From the IMG/VR virus record IMGVR_UViG_3300032782_000001, positions 310,001-374,000 of that record: DNA of 64,000 nt. One strand, given 5' to 3'. This document shows positions 19,488-27,817 of the stretch, in pieces. Position numbers and translations under genes: made by a program. Under the pieces are notes generated by a model that saw only the letters and a program-made list of their open reading frames with translations, was not told where the DNA came from and did no database searches. The first letter of the stretch is position 1. Each line of letters begins with the position of its first letter.

Positions 19488-21803
19488 TCAGATTTCGATC
19501 TTCTTTTCCTTTTGCTCCACCTTGCCTTCAATGGACTGACCATCGTCCATGTCCACGAGCAAAGTGTTCTCGTCCAAACTCTTGAACTCGGTGAACCAGA
19601 CCTGACCGACGATGACGGAGAAGATCTGCTTAGCCTTCTCTGCAATCATTCCACGACGTTGCCTGTCTGCGGCCTTCTGGATGGGACGGAGCCAATCTTC
19701 GAACGCTTTGGTTTGATCTGATGCTTTTTTGTAAGCGTCAGACGCCATGAAATTGTCCACTTCAAGGATGGCGCGCCCCATGAGAACCGTCGGTCCATTC
19801 GGTTTGCCCTTCGCGAGCTTCTCTTTGGCTTCCTTGAGGCTCGGAAGACTTGAGAAGCCCTTGAGGCTCACAGTCATCTGCTTCGCCATATAGAAATCGC
19901 GTGCGTCTGCTTGAACGCTCTTCGGACCGAATCCGGAGTAGTCGGTGAACCCCTGTTCCTTCAGCCAATCAGCAGCCTCTTGTCCGTACTGCTCGATAAA
20001 GCCAGCACTCTTCTTCGTTCCAACCAGATCCTTAAGGACCGAGTTGTAAACCTTCTGCGAAGCTTGAACCTTCGTGAGCTCCCATTCGTTCTGGAATAGG
20101 ACTTTGGCAGAGACCGCTTTGACCATTTGCCGGTTGATGACAGGAAGGGACCTGAAGCTGATCAGGGTCACGTCCCCATCGGACTTGATAACGTCATCCC
20201 CAACCAGCCCTTGTTTGTGGATAGCAAAGAGCTTCTCCAACGTGGCTGCCGCCAATTTCACGGGCACAGTATCTACGTTTACCAGACCATCCTTGATGAC
20301 GGCGTAGTTGCGGTAAACGAAAGTCGGGAATTTCGCCGGGAGTTTGGCTTTGAGACCATCCGGGAGACGGCCGCTGATATCCACAGTTCCAGTCCTCTTG
20401 ACCTGAATACTGACGTTCGGGAACTCCTCGTTAAAGACGAGATTTGAAATAGAATATCCATCCGGTGCAGGTTCTGCTTCGAATTTCAAAGGAGCAGGCT
20501 TGTTTGAGATAGAAGCGATTCGCGCAGAGATATCTGCGACCTTCTTGGCATCCTTCGTCTTCTTCATCTCATCGGCGAGCTTATCTACTTCTGCTTGTTC
20601 TTCAGCAGTCAATACCGTCGAGGAATCTACTCGAGCCCGGGAGATCCGATCGTATTTGAAACTGGGATGATCCAGGAGAACTCGATTCTCTTCGTTCTCC
20701 GAGAGAAGGTTGAGCATGTCAAGAACCGTGAAGGCATCGTCACGCGGAATTTTCTTTGGATCGTATCCCTTAGTCAACCGTTGCTTCTCGTCAAAGACAG
20801 CGGCTTTAGCCAAGTCCATGAATTCTGAGTATTTCTGCTTGCCGAAGAGTCCACCAAATTTCTCGATGAACGCAACATCCCCCGTGAGTTTCAAGAAGGG
20901 GAGAACAACATCCGGCTTCATGCGAATGGAGAAGAGAGAAATGGCTGCATATGCTGCACCCACTTCATAAGCGTCCGTCTTCTTTCCAACGAGAGCAGGA
21001 GAGAGGTAGTAAACCACGTTAGCATTCTCAGGAACAGAAACCTTTCCGTCTGTGAGTCCGAAAGTAATGAGGTCTCCACCGTCTTCCATCCAAGCGAAAC
21101 CACCGATCGGATCACCCGTCACTGAGACTTCAATGCGCTTCCCTCCAAGTTGCTGCTTTTGCATCGCAGCTTCGAACAAGGGCGCATATTTATCAAAATT
21201 TTCAGAGAAGATGAGGGTGCCGCCTGCCTTCTCTGCCATGGAAGTGAGCAAGGGCCTGTCGGCATAGTAGCCGTATTCAACGAAGGTGGCCGAAGAAAGG
21301 CCACCAGCGGCCTTCTCGACTGCTTTGAGAATATCAGGACGTGGCCACTGATTGTCGCAACCATCGGACATGAAGAACAGGGCAAAACAGCTCCCAGGAC
21401 GCTTCTTCGATACTCGTTCTACGAGCTTGGAAGCCTCTTCTAAAGGCTCCTTGAATCCGGTAAGACAAACCGGTTTGAGCCACCTGTCGATTGCAGAATT
21501 GACTTCCTTGAGGTCTGCAAGCGTGGAAACGGGCTCCGCTTCGAGCAAAGTGCCGAATTGACCCTTGCCACTGAACCACACGATAGAGATCGTGTCCTTT
21601 TCCTTCAGGAGCTTAGGAAGCTTTTTCTTGAGCTGTTCCCTGATTTGGGGGAGCTCATACGACATGCTTCCAGAACAATCGATTACAGCAATGTGATTGA
21701 CCGGCACCTCGGCGGGCTTTGCTGGGGTAGCCTTATTGAGCTCCTGCCGAACGAGGTAAAGAGAATCCGAAACTTTGAAAGAAGTCTGCATGCCGGTCTC
21801 CAT
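19488..21803 (-). CDS. Large vWA-domain protein
   Basis: MIDAS DCSGS plus FFMSDG; 771 aa; divergent from the TROVE-like operon. Confidence 0.85.
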   Translation of the reverse strand: METGMQTSFKVSDSLYLVRQELNKATPAKPAEVPVNHIAVIDCSGSMSYELPQIREQLKKKLPKLLKEKDTISIVWFSGKGQFGTLLEAEPVSTLADLKEVNSAIDRWLKPVCLTGFKEPLEEASKLVERVSKKRPGSCFALFFMSDGCDNQWPRPDILKAVEKAAGGLSSATFVEYGYYADRPLLTSMAEKAGGTLIFSENFDKYAPLFEAAMQKQQLGGKRIEVSVTGDPIGGFAWMEDGGDLITFGLTDGKVSVPENANVVYYLSPALVGKKTDAYEVGAAYAAISLFSIRMKPDVVLPFLKLTGDVAFIEKFGGLFGKQKYSEFMDLAKAAVFDEKQRLTKGYDPKKIPRDDAFTVLDMLNLLSENEENRVLLDHPSFKYDRISRARVDSSTVLTAEEQAEVDKLADEMKKTKDAKKVADISARIASISNKPAPLKFEAEPAPDGYSISNLVFNEEFPNVSIQVKRTGTVDISGRLPDGLKAKLPAKFPTFVYRNYAVIKDGLVNVDTVPVKLAAATLEKLFAIHKQGLVGDDVIKSDGDVTLISFRSLPVINRQMVKAVSAKVLFQNEWELTKVQASQKVYNSVLKDLVGTKKSAGFIEQYGQEAADWLKEQGFTDYSGFGPKSVQADARDFYMAKQMTVSLKGFSSLPSLKEAKEKLAKGKPNGPTVLMGRAILEVDNFMASDAYKKASDQTKAFEDWLRPIQKAADRQRRGMIAEKAKQIFSVIVGQVWFTEFKSLDENTLLVDMDDGQSIEGKVEQKEKKIEI

Positions 21804-22083
21804 TGCGGGGGTTCGGCATGAAAATACACCCGTTGCTTACGGGTTGCACGTACAGAATTCAGCGTTGAATACAGTATTACAGGATTAGGTCATGGAAAAT
21901 CCATACGATGGTTAAATAGATATTTAAGGAAATAAGAATGAATTATCTCATAACGATGGAAACAAATCAAGAAGCACGGTGTTCTAAAAGTTGCCGGATT
22001 TCCGATTCCTGGAATATTCAAAATTTGCGCATCATTTCCAAGTGTAACGTTGGATCTCCAGAAGTCCAAATTCTGGATTCGTA

Positions 22084-22126
22084 GTCACCACTCGGCACGC
22101 GCCACTCACGCGTGCCATACGGAGAC
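22084..22126 (+). promoter_or_regulatory. Leader hairpin sequestering the RBS of the TROVE-like gene
   Basis: GTCACC-ACTC-GGCACGCG-loop-CGCGTGCC-ATAC-GGAGAC, ending 5 nt before ATG 22131. Confidence 0.5.
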
Positions 22127-22130
22127 CGAC

Positions 22131-23996
22131 ATGCAGAAGGAAAATCTCGGACCTGCTGAGAGGATCATCAACACCATCCTGGCCTATTCGGATCACATGG
22201 TCCATAACCGGCCTGGAGTCGTTTCCCCGGACCCGACGTCGGCGACTGGTGTGAAGTGGGTGTTCGTGACCCACAAGACGGAAGACGGAAAGAAGGTCGT
22301 CTACGCCTTGGACAAGGTTGGCAAGAAGACCATCCGTCGAAAGCTCGGCGTCATGGGCGAGGACCGAAAGGTTCGTGATGACGCCAATCGCGTCATCGGT
22401 GAATATCGAGATGCCGGCATCTTTCCCGAGGTCGCAACTTGGCTTTACGGCCAAGTTGCGGAGGTGTGGAAGATCGATCATGAGTTCGCGGCTCGATGGG
22501 CCAGCTACCAATACGCCCAGGAGCATCGCGACATGAAGGCCGTTCTGGCTGCGTTCATGCTCGTGCAGTCCCGAAAGGGCGATCCTGTGATCGACGATGG
22601 CAAGGTAGCCTTCTACGACGAAGACTTCCGTGACGTCGGCGAGGCTATGATGCTCAGGTACAAGAAGGGCGACAAGCATGGGCTGCGTCCGAAGGACTTG
22701 CTTCGTATTCGGGACGTTCTCATGGTCCCGGGCGTGGCGGACATCAATCGCAAGCTCGGGTTCGGAAAGTCGGCCCGCAAGCCGTTCCTCGGCCGCTGGG
22801 AGAAGGCGGTCGAGAAGTGGTTGAAATTCCGGGAAGTCAATCCGAAAATGTTGGAAGGGCTCATCAAGGAGGGCTACAAGTCCACCGTCATGCAGCTCGC
22901 CCAGCTCATCGGTTACAAGCCGGAGTCGGATAAATTCTTCCATGCGCTTGGGTGGAAGCAGGTTCAGGCTAAGGATGGCCGTCGGGGTCTCGCGATTGGT
23001 CAGGTCCAGAGCGGCACGGACTCATGGGAAGGTATGTCCGAAGCCGAGGTCTGTGAAAAGATCGTGAAGGAAAAGACCGGCTTCAAGCGTCTCATCGGCC
23101 TCGTTCCGAAGGAGGTCGGCATGACTCGCGCCGTGATTGCGGCGGCGATCGAAGCTGGATCCTTGTCCGACAAGGACTTGGTCATCATGTCCGCCACGCT
23201 CGAAGAGCTTGGATTGCTCCAGGACCCGGATGTCCGTAAGCGTTGGGAGAAGGCTCTCAAGGCTGCTGAAGACATGCGGGCCGCAAACATTGCTTCGAGG
23301 GTCAAGTCTAAGGACGTCCAAGAGAAGCTCCAGGAAGCGGCTGACACGGCTGTTCAAAAGGCTGTCGAAGAGGTCAGCAGGGACATGCGTGTCTACTTCA
23401 TGGTCGACATCTCGGGGTCCATGGAAGGTGCAATCGAGGCGGCCAAGGATCACGTGGCGAAATTCCTTCAGGCATTCCCCGAAGACAAGATCCACGTATC
23501 CGTCTTCAACACTATCGGTCGAGAAGTGAAGGTCAAGCACCGTTCGGCTGCGGGAGTGAAGAACGCCTTTGAGGGTATTAGGGCGGAAGGTGGAACTTCA
23601 TATGCAGCAGGCGTAAGGGCCCTCCAAGGCCATAAGCCGCTTGCAAACGAAGATGTTTTGTTCATTTTCATTGGAGATGAGCAAGATAACACCGAACTCG
23701 CGGGTACCATCAGGGCTTCGGGTCTGAACCCCATGGCTTTCGGACTCGTGCCGGTCTTCGCGAAGCATTACGGACGCGGAAACCGCGTGACGACGGCAGC
23801 GTCAGAGCTCAAGATCCCGTGCTTCGAGATCGATGAAAAGACCTTCGCTGACCCGTACGCTATCCCGCGTGCAATCCGGGCTCTCATCGCGGCCACCCCC
23901 GTGAACCGTAGTCCGGAAAAGATCGTTCAGCGTGTCTCGCTCGTAGAGAACATCCTTAAAACGGATCTGATTACGAAGCCGGAGTGGGCTGCCTGA
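22131..23996 (+). CDS. TROVE/Ro60-like helical-repeat protein with C-terminal vWA domain
   Basis: Helical Lys-rich N-terminal region (EFAARWASY..RDMKAVLAAFML; VMQLAQLIGYKP), then vWA MIDAS DISGS, GGTS and IGDEQ. This is the Ro60 architecture. GGAG RBS before ATG 22131. vWA call strong, TROVE call moderate. Confidence 0.65.
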   Translation: MQKENLGPAERIINTILAYSDHMVHNRPGVVSPDPTSATGVKWVFVTHKTEDGKKVVYALDKVGKKTIRRKLGVMGEDRKVRDDANRVIGEYRDAGIFPEVATWLYGQVAEVWKIDHEFAARWASYQYAQEHRDMKAVLAAFMLVQSRKGDPVIDDGKVAFYDEDFRDVGEAMMLRYKKGDKHGLRPKDLLRIRDVLMVPGVADINRKLGFGKSARKPFLGRWEKAVEKWLKFREVNPKMLEGLIKEGYKSTVMQLAQLIGYKPESDKFFHALGWKQVQAKDGRRGLAIGQVQSGTDSWEGMSEAEVCEKIVKEKTGFKRLIGLVPKEVGMTRAVIAAAIEAGSLSDKDLVIMSATLEELGLLQDPDVRKRWEKALKAAEDMRAANIASRVKSKDVQEKLQEAADTAVQKAVEEVSRDMRVYFMVDISGSMEGAIEAAKDHVAKFLQAFPEDKIHVSVFNTIGREVKVKHRSAAGVKNAFEGIRAEGGTSYAAGVRALQGHKPLANEDVLFIFIGDEQDNTELAGTIRASGLNPMAFGLVPVFAKHYGRGNRVTTAASELKIPCFEIDEKTFADPYAIPRAIRALIAATPVNRSPEKIVQRVSLVENILKTDLITKPEWAA

Positions 23997-24176
23997 GTGG
24001 CGTACAAGACGCTGTACGCCGAGGTCAATAAGATCGAATTTCCGGAAGCTTTGGAAGCAGCCATGGAGTTGGACTCCAGGCTCCGGAAATTCGATCCATT
24101 AGACCCGGAAACTCTAAGATCGGCGTTAGTGACGCTGGCCCGGAGAGTCAAAGAACTCGAACACGAGTGGAGTTGA
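23997..24176 (+). CDS. Small hypothetical protein (59 aa)
   Basis: Below the track cutoff. GTG immediately after the upstream stop; MAYKTLYAEVNKIEF...ELEHEWS*; fills the operon gap exactly. Confidence 0.6.
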   Translation: MAYKTLYAEVNKIEFPEALEAAMELDSRLRKFDPLDPETLRSALVTLARRVKELEHEWS

Positions 24177-24177
24177 G

Positions 24178-24471
24178 ATGGGGTGGGCCTCAGGCCACAT
24201 CCAAAAGCTGATTGCGGGTGAAACCGTGCATTTCCGACCCCACGGCAATTCCATGTTGCCGAGGATCAAGTCGGGTCAACTTTGCACGGTTTCACCCGTA
24301 AGTCTGGATGACGTTAAAGTAGGTGACGTCATCCTTTGCAAGGTGCACGGACGCGAATTTCTTCACCTTGTCTCGGCAATCCGTGGTGGTCAATTGCAAA
24401 TCTCGAACAATCACGGGCACATCAACGGGTGGATTGGGCCAAAGTCGGTCTACGGGAAACTGGTGGAATAA
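24178..24471 (+). CDS. S24/S26 peptidase-like small protein
   Basis: GNSMLPRIKSGQ...GDVILCKV..FLHLV. Confidence 0.7.
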   Translation: MGWASGHIQKLIAGETVHFRPHGNSMLPRIKSGQLCTVSPVSLDDVKVGDVILCKVHGREFLHLVSAIRGGQLQISNNHGHINGWIGPKSVYGKLVE

Positions 24472-25493
24472 TGGGCTGGCGGAACCTTCTGCAAGAAAAG
24501 GAAGAACTCATCGTTCTGCCGTGGCTTGGGGGTCGAACGCTCAGGTCCGGTCCACGTGCGTGGCATTTGGACGGGAAGCTCCCTGCTGAACATGGTTGGT
24601 ACACTTTCAAACTCATGGGACGGAAAGCTATCCTCGGTGATTCCTACGACGAGGAATTGGCGAAGGAGCCGTGCGTACAGCCTCCAGGTTCCTTAATGTG
24701 TGAAGTGACTGGCTATCTTGTCGGTGACCGGCTCATCCTAGATAATGCCAATGTGGATCCGGATCCTTCGAAAATTGCGGAACAGTCGGAGACTGTGCAT
24801 CTCATCGAAGATGGACTGGATAGATTCGCTCGTATCGAAGCTGGGCGAGCGTGTGAAGACGGCCCACTCATCTACAGCGGAATGGTGATGCCGTTAGGGC
24901 CTGAGGAGGAAGTCCTCCAAGCATTTCTCGAACAAAAGTCATCTGTAGCAAACATCAAGGGCGTAGTTCCTGCACTGGACGCTGCCTTCCGTATGGAAGT
25001 TTGGCAGCGAATTGAAGCTGCCAAACGACGTGCAGAACTTGAGAGGATTCGCAAAGAAGAGGAAGAGAAGAGGCGTATTGAGGAGAAACGCCGGGAAATT
25101 GTCGAGAAGCTCGGCGACGGAGCTGGTCGAAGGGCAATGGCTGCCATCGATTTCGATGAAGCTGCCAGGGCTGCATTTGTTGTTGGAAATGCTCAGTTCC
25201 TGGATAGTCGGAAGAGCGCTCAAAAAGGCGAGATGGTCGTCCGCTTCCGTCTCGATAATCGTAGATTCGAATGCACCTGTGACAAGTTGACACTTAGAGT
25301 TATTGATGCGGGCATCTGTCTAGTTGATCACCGGACGCACGAGAAGGGTGATGGTTATTTCACGCTCGAAAGTTTACCTGGGGTTATTAGGCAAGCCCAG
25401 CGTGAGGGTAAACTCGTAGTCTTCCGTCGCGTGGACGGAGAAAACTATCCAAGGGGAGGAAATGATGATGACGATGAAGATTACGACGATTGA
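24471..25493 (+). CDS. Coiled-coil protein with putative divergent E2-like C-terminal domain
   Basis: Start ATG overlaps the upstream TAA. DAGICL recalls the E2 active-site GxICL; lies next to the JAB, Ubl and E1 genes. Confidence 0.45.
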   Translation: MGWRNLLQEKEELIVLPWLGGRTLRSGPRAWHLDGKLPAEHGWYTFKLMGRKAILGDSYDEELAKEPCVQPPGSLMCEVTGYLVGDRLILDNANVDPDPSKIAEQSETVHLIEDGLDRFARIEAGRACEDGPLIYSGMVMPLGPEEEVLQAFLEQKSSVANIKGVVPALDAAFRMEVWQRIEAAKRRAELERIRKEEEEKRRIEEKRREIVEKLGDGAGRRAMAAIDFDEAARAAFVVGNAQFLDSRKSAQKGEMVVRFRLDNRRFECTCDKLTLRVIDAGICLVDHRTHEKGDGYFTLESLPGVIRQAQREGKLVVFRRVDGENYPRGGNDDDDEDYDD

Positions 25494-25502
25494 GGTAACA
25501 TC

Positions 25503-26057
25503 ATGAGCATGGAAGCAGGAGTCGTCGTAGGAAAAGACGGTAAGGCAATTCATTGGCATCTTCCGGAAGAGAGGACCGGCGGATCTCTGCCCGATTCTCA
25601 GGCTCTCTGGGATTTCATCTGGAAGAATCGAAATGAAATTATGGGGATCGCCCACAGTCATCCTGGACGGGGACTTCCGGGGCCATCACACACGGATGTA
25701 ACCACTTTTGCCGCCATTGAGGATGGTCTCGGGAAGAGGCTCCTTTGGTGGATTACAAGCGAAGACAAACTTGTAGTCATCAAATGGGTAGGTCCTGGAA
25801 AGCACACTTATTCATCCAGGGAGATCTCGAGTAATGACCCCGAATGGTTAAAGCCACTCCGAAACGCATCTCACGAACTTTCAGAAGCTCGACTCGAAGA
25901 AGTTTGCCAGTATGTAACGGAGACTCACCGGGAAGCTGCTCGACGGGTGTCTGCAGGAAAAGCGGCGCTCGAGGACATGGTAGTGTCAGTCCTCAACGGG
26001 CTCCCCCATGCCGATCCAGATGAGATTCGGAAGAAGATCCTGGATTCGGTGAAATAA
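25503..26057 (+). CDS. JAB/MPN+ metallopeptidase
   Basis: N-terminal Glu (MEAG) and HSHP...PSHTD JAMM motif. Confidence 0.85.
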   Translation: MSMEAGVVVGKDGKAIHWHLPEERTGGSLPDSQALWDFIWKNRNEIMGIAHSHPGRGLPGPSHTDVTTFAAIEDGLGKRLLWWITSEDKLVVIKWVGPGKHTYSSREISSNDPEWLKPLRNASHELSEARLEEVCQYVTETHREAARRVSAGKAALEDMVVSVLNGLPHADPDEIRKKILDSVK

Positions 26058-26102
26058 ATCCAAAACTTGGGAACGTAAGTTCCTCTTCTAAGGAGAATCG
26101 AA

Positions 26103-26372
26103 ATGAACGAAATGGTAATCGAGGCAGGACAGGCGAGGGTCAACATCACGTGGCAGGGTCAGAACGGGGACATGCCTGGCGCTGTCCATTACGACTCGAC
26201 GGACGGCGACGTCCGACAGTGGGTCACGGAGGCCGTTCGCACGGGTGGGGTGCCTGGTATTCGTGCTGACGCCGCCGCGAATTTCACGGACTTCGTCGTG
26301 GAGAGGTTCCCGTCGACGCAGGATAGGCCCTTCAACCTGATCCAGGTCAGGCCGAAGACGCCGTTCGGTTGA
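26103..26372 (+). CDS. Ubiquitin-like small protein (putative)
   Basis: 89 aa; strong AAGGAG RBS; ends LIQVRPKTPFG with a terminal Gly; between JAB and E1. Confidence 0.65.
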   Translation: MNEMVIEAGQARVNITWQGQNGDMPGAVHYDSTDGDVRQWVTEAVRTGGVPGIRADAAANFTDFVVERFPSTQDRPFNLIQVRPKTPFG

Positions 26373-26800
26373 TGGAGAAGAATTCGGAAGAAGAAGCCTG
26401 GAAACAGGCTGTCGACCTCTGGAAAAAACTCGCCCAGATCCGAGGCGTGGCGTACTCCGCCATGTTCGCAGTCAGGGGTGAGATGATAGAAGAAGAAAAA
26501 GCGGAACTCCTTGAGGACCTCGAAAAAGTCCTCAAGGAGACTGCTGTTGACTTCCCCAATGGGGTGGATTGGAACGCTCACGAAAACGGTGAGTTCAAGC
26601 TTCTTCCTAAGAAGATAGAGGATTACATGGAAGCCAAGATCAAGACAACTGGATTCAAAGTGGAAATTCAGTTGAACGAATATGAGGCAGATTCCATTCG
26701 TCGGGCCGTAATCGGCCGTGATGATCGGGAAGCTCAGAAGCTTATGCAACAACTTTCCGAGACCGTTTGGAAGGCTGTGGTTAACGCTGTAAACAAGTGA
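26372..26800 (+). CDS. Hypothetical helical protein
   Basis: TGATG coupling with the Ubl gene; overlaps the E1 start. Confidence 0.6.
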   Translation: MEKNSEEEAWKQAVDLWKKLAQIRGVAYSAMFAVRGEMIEEEKAELLEDLEKVLKETAVDFPNGVDWNAHENGEFKLLPKKIEDYMEAKIKTTGFKVEIQLNEYEADSIRRAVIGRDDREAQKLMQQLSETVWKAVVNAVNK

Positions 26801-27381
26801 TCTCCATGAAGAACATCACCATCGTGGGAGTAGGAGCACTCGGATCGCATTTCGTGCAATTCGCGCGCGGGTTCCCGGCTGCTCTCAAGATTATTGACTT
26901 TGATCGAGTGGAACAGAAGAACGTCGCGTCACAGTTCCACGCGAAGACCTCGGTCGGCAAAGGAAAGGTCCTCGGTCTCCAACAGACCGTCCAGCTCCTC
27001 TGGGGTATGAAGCTTACCACAGTGCCTCATAAGTTGACTTCCGAAAATGAAGCACAAATTCTCGGTGGGGCCGATCTCATCGTAGATTGCCTCGACAATG
27101 GGGCAGCACGACGCATCGTCCAGGGATTTGTTCGAAAGAATACTATCCCGTGCGTTCACGGGGCCTTGGCCGCAGACGCCGCCTTCGGGCGGGTCGTATG
27201 GGACGAGTCATTCGCAATTGACGATGAGCCGGGAGAAGGTGCGCCTACCTGCGAAGACGGCGTTCATCTCCCTTTCATCGCCCTCGCCTCGTCTTTACTC
27301 GCTCGCGCAGTACAGGTCTTCATCACGGACGGGAAGAAGATCGGATACCAAATCAGACCAAACGGCGTCGTCCAAACGTGA
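26797..27381 (+). CDS. ThiF/E1-like adenylating enzyme
   Basis: VGVGALGS, IDFDRVEQKN, GKV, DLIVDCLDN..ARR; candidate catalytic Cys in APTCEDG. Confidence 0.9.
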   Translation: MISMKNITIVGVGALGSHFVQFARGFPAALKIIDFDRVEQKNVASQFHAKTSVGKGKVLGLQQTVQLLWGMKLTTVPHKLTSENEAQILGGADLIVDCLDNGAARRIVQGFVRKNTIPCVHGALAADAAFGRVVWDESFAIDDEPGEGAPTCEDGVHLPFIALASSLLARAVQVFITDGKKIGYQIRPNGVVQT

Positions 27382-27384
27382 GTC

Positions 27385-27413
27385 TTGACAGAGACACTCG
27401 TCGAGTGTATTCT
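27385..27413 (+). promoter_or_regulatory. Sigma70-type promoter for the ncRNA array, with a palindromic spacer
   Basis: TTGACA-17 nt-TATTCT; ACACTCG-T-CGAGTGT spans the spacer and the -10 edge. Confidence 0.85.
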
Positions 27414-27430
27414 GGTGGAAAGCACAAATC

Positions 27431-27509
27431 CAGAGAGCACGTCCAACAAGCGGAACTCACAAGCTAGGATACAGCCAAAACCAGTTTCGCCACTCGGGCG
27501 CGCTCTCTG
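27431..27509 (+). ncRNA. Y-RNA-like unit 1 (minimal module)
   Basis: Closing stem CAGAGAGCACGTCC/GGGCGCGCTCTCTG; inner stem GCGGAACT/AGTTTCGC; ACAAGC and ACC motifs. Confidence 0.7.
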
Positions 27510-27515
27510 AATTCT

Positions 27516-27644
27516 GCCGGACATGAGGACTGGCGTCCTCGATTCCCCCATACGGAATTTTCCCGGTACCGCTCCTCGGTCCTGAAAGGGACCACCTAAC
27601 GGTTCCTACAAGCAAGGAAGGTTCGATTCCTTCGTCCGGCTCCA
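27516..27644 (+). tRNA. Atypical tRNA(CAT)-like RNA with a 57-nt variable-arm insert (unit 2)
   Basis: Acceptor GCCGGAC/GTCCGGC + T-CCA; D arm GAGGAC-TGGC-GTCCTC; anticodon arm GATTCC-CCCATAC-GGAATT; T arm GAAGG-TTCGATT-CCTTC. Confidence 0.75.
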
Positions 27645-27764
27645 GAGCGTCCAGTTAGCGGTGCTTACAAGCAAGATGCTCCTAGGTGGAGCGTCGGATT
27701 CTGCATCCGAAGGGGCGGCTTCGAAAACCGCTCTTGCACAACCAGCATCGGCCCTCGGACGCTC
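27645..27764 (+). ncRNA. YrlA-like RNA, module plus tRNA-mimic domain (unit 3)
   Basis: GAGCGTCC/GGACGCTC; CGGTGCT/AGCATCG; GCAAGA/TCTTGC closes D-like, anticodon-like and TTCGA-containing T-like hairpins. Confidence 0.75.
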
Positions 27765-27778
27765 GTAGTCTCGTAGTT

Positions 27779-27811
27779 TTTGACCCGACCAAGATTCTTG
27801 GTCGGGTCAAA
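27779..27811. terminator. Perfect 16-bp inverted repeat between convergent units (bidirectional terminator)
   Basis: TTTGACCCGACCAAGA-T-TCTTGGTCGGGTCAAA. Confidence 0.8.
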
Positions 27812-27817
27812 TCGTCT

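Noticed and set aside
22032-22943. Long antisense ORFs (also 39536-40456, 10035-10823, 45626-46219, 47429-48028)
   Set aside because: They lie opposite well-supported genes with biased codons or low complexity and show no motifs.
26103-27381. ThiS/ThiF or MoaD/MoeB cofactor biosynthesis
   Set aside because: No thiamine or molybdopterin genes nearby, the Ubl ends in FG rather than GG, and JAB plus E2-like neighbours favour conjugation. Not fully excluded.
27516-27644. tRNA-Sec, tmRNA or intron-containing tRNA
   Set aside because: The anticodon is CAT rather than TCA and the fold is 7/5; there is no tag ORF; the insert is in the variable arm and matches the neighbouring RNAs.
27431-27764. CRISPR or other repeat-spacer array
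   Set aside because: No identical direct repeats at regular spacing and no cas genes. The similarity is structural and one unit is permuted.
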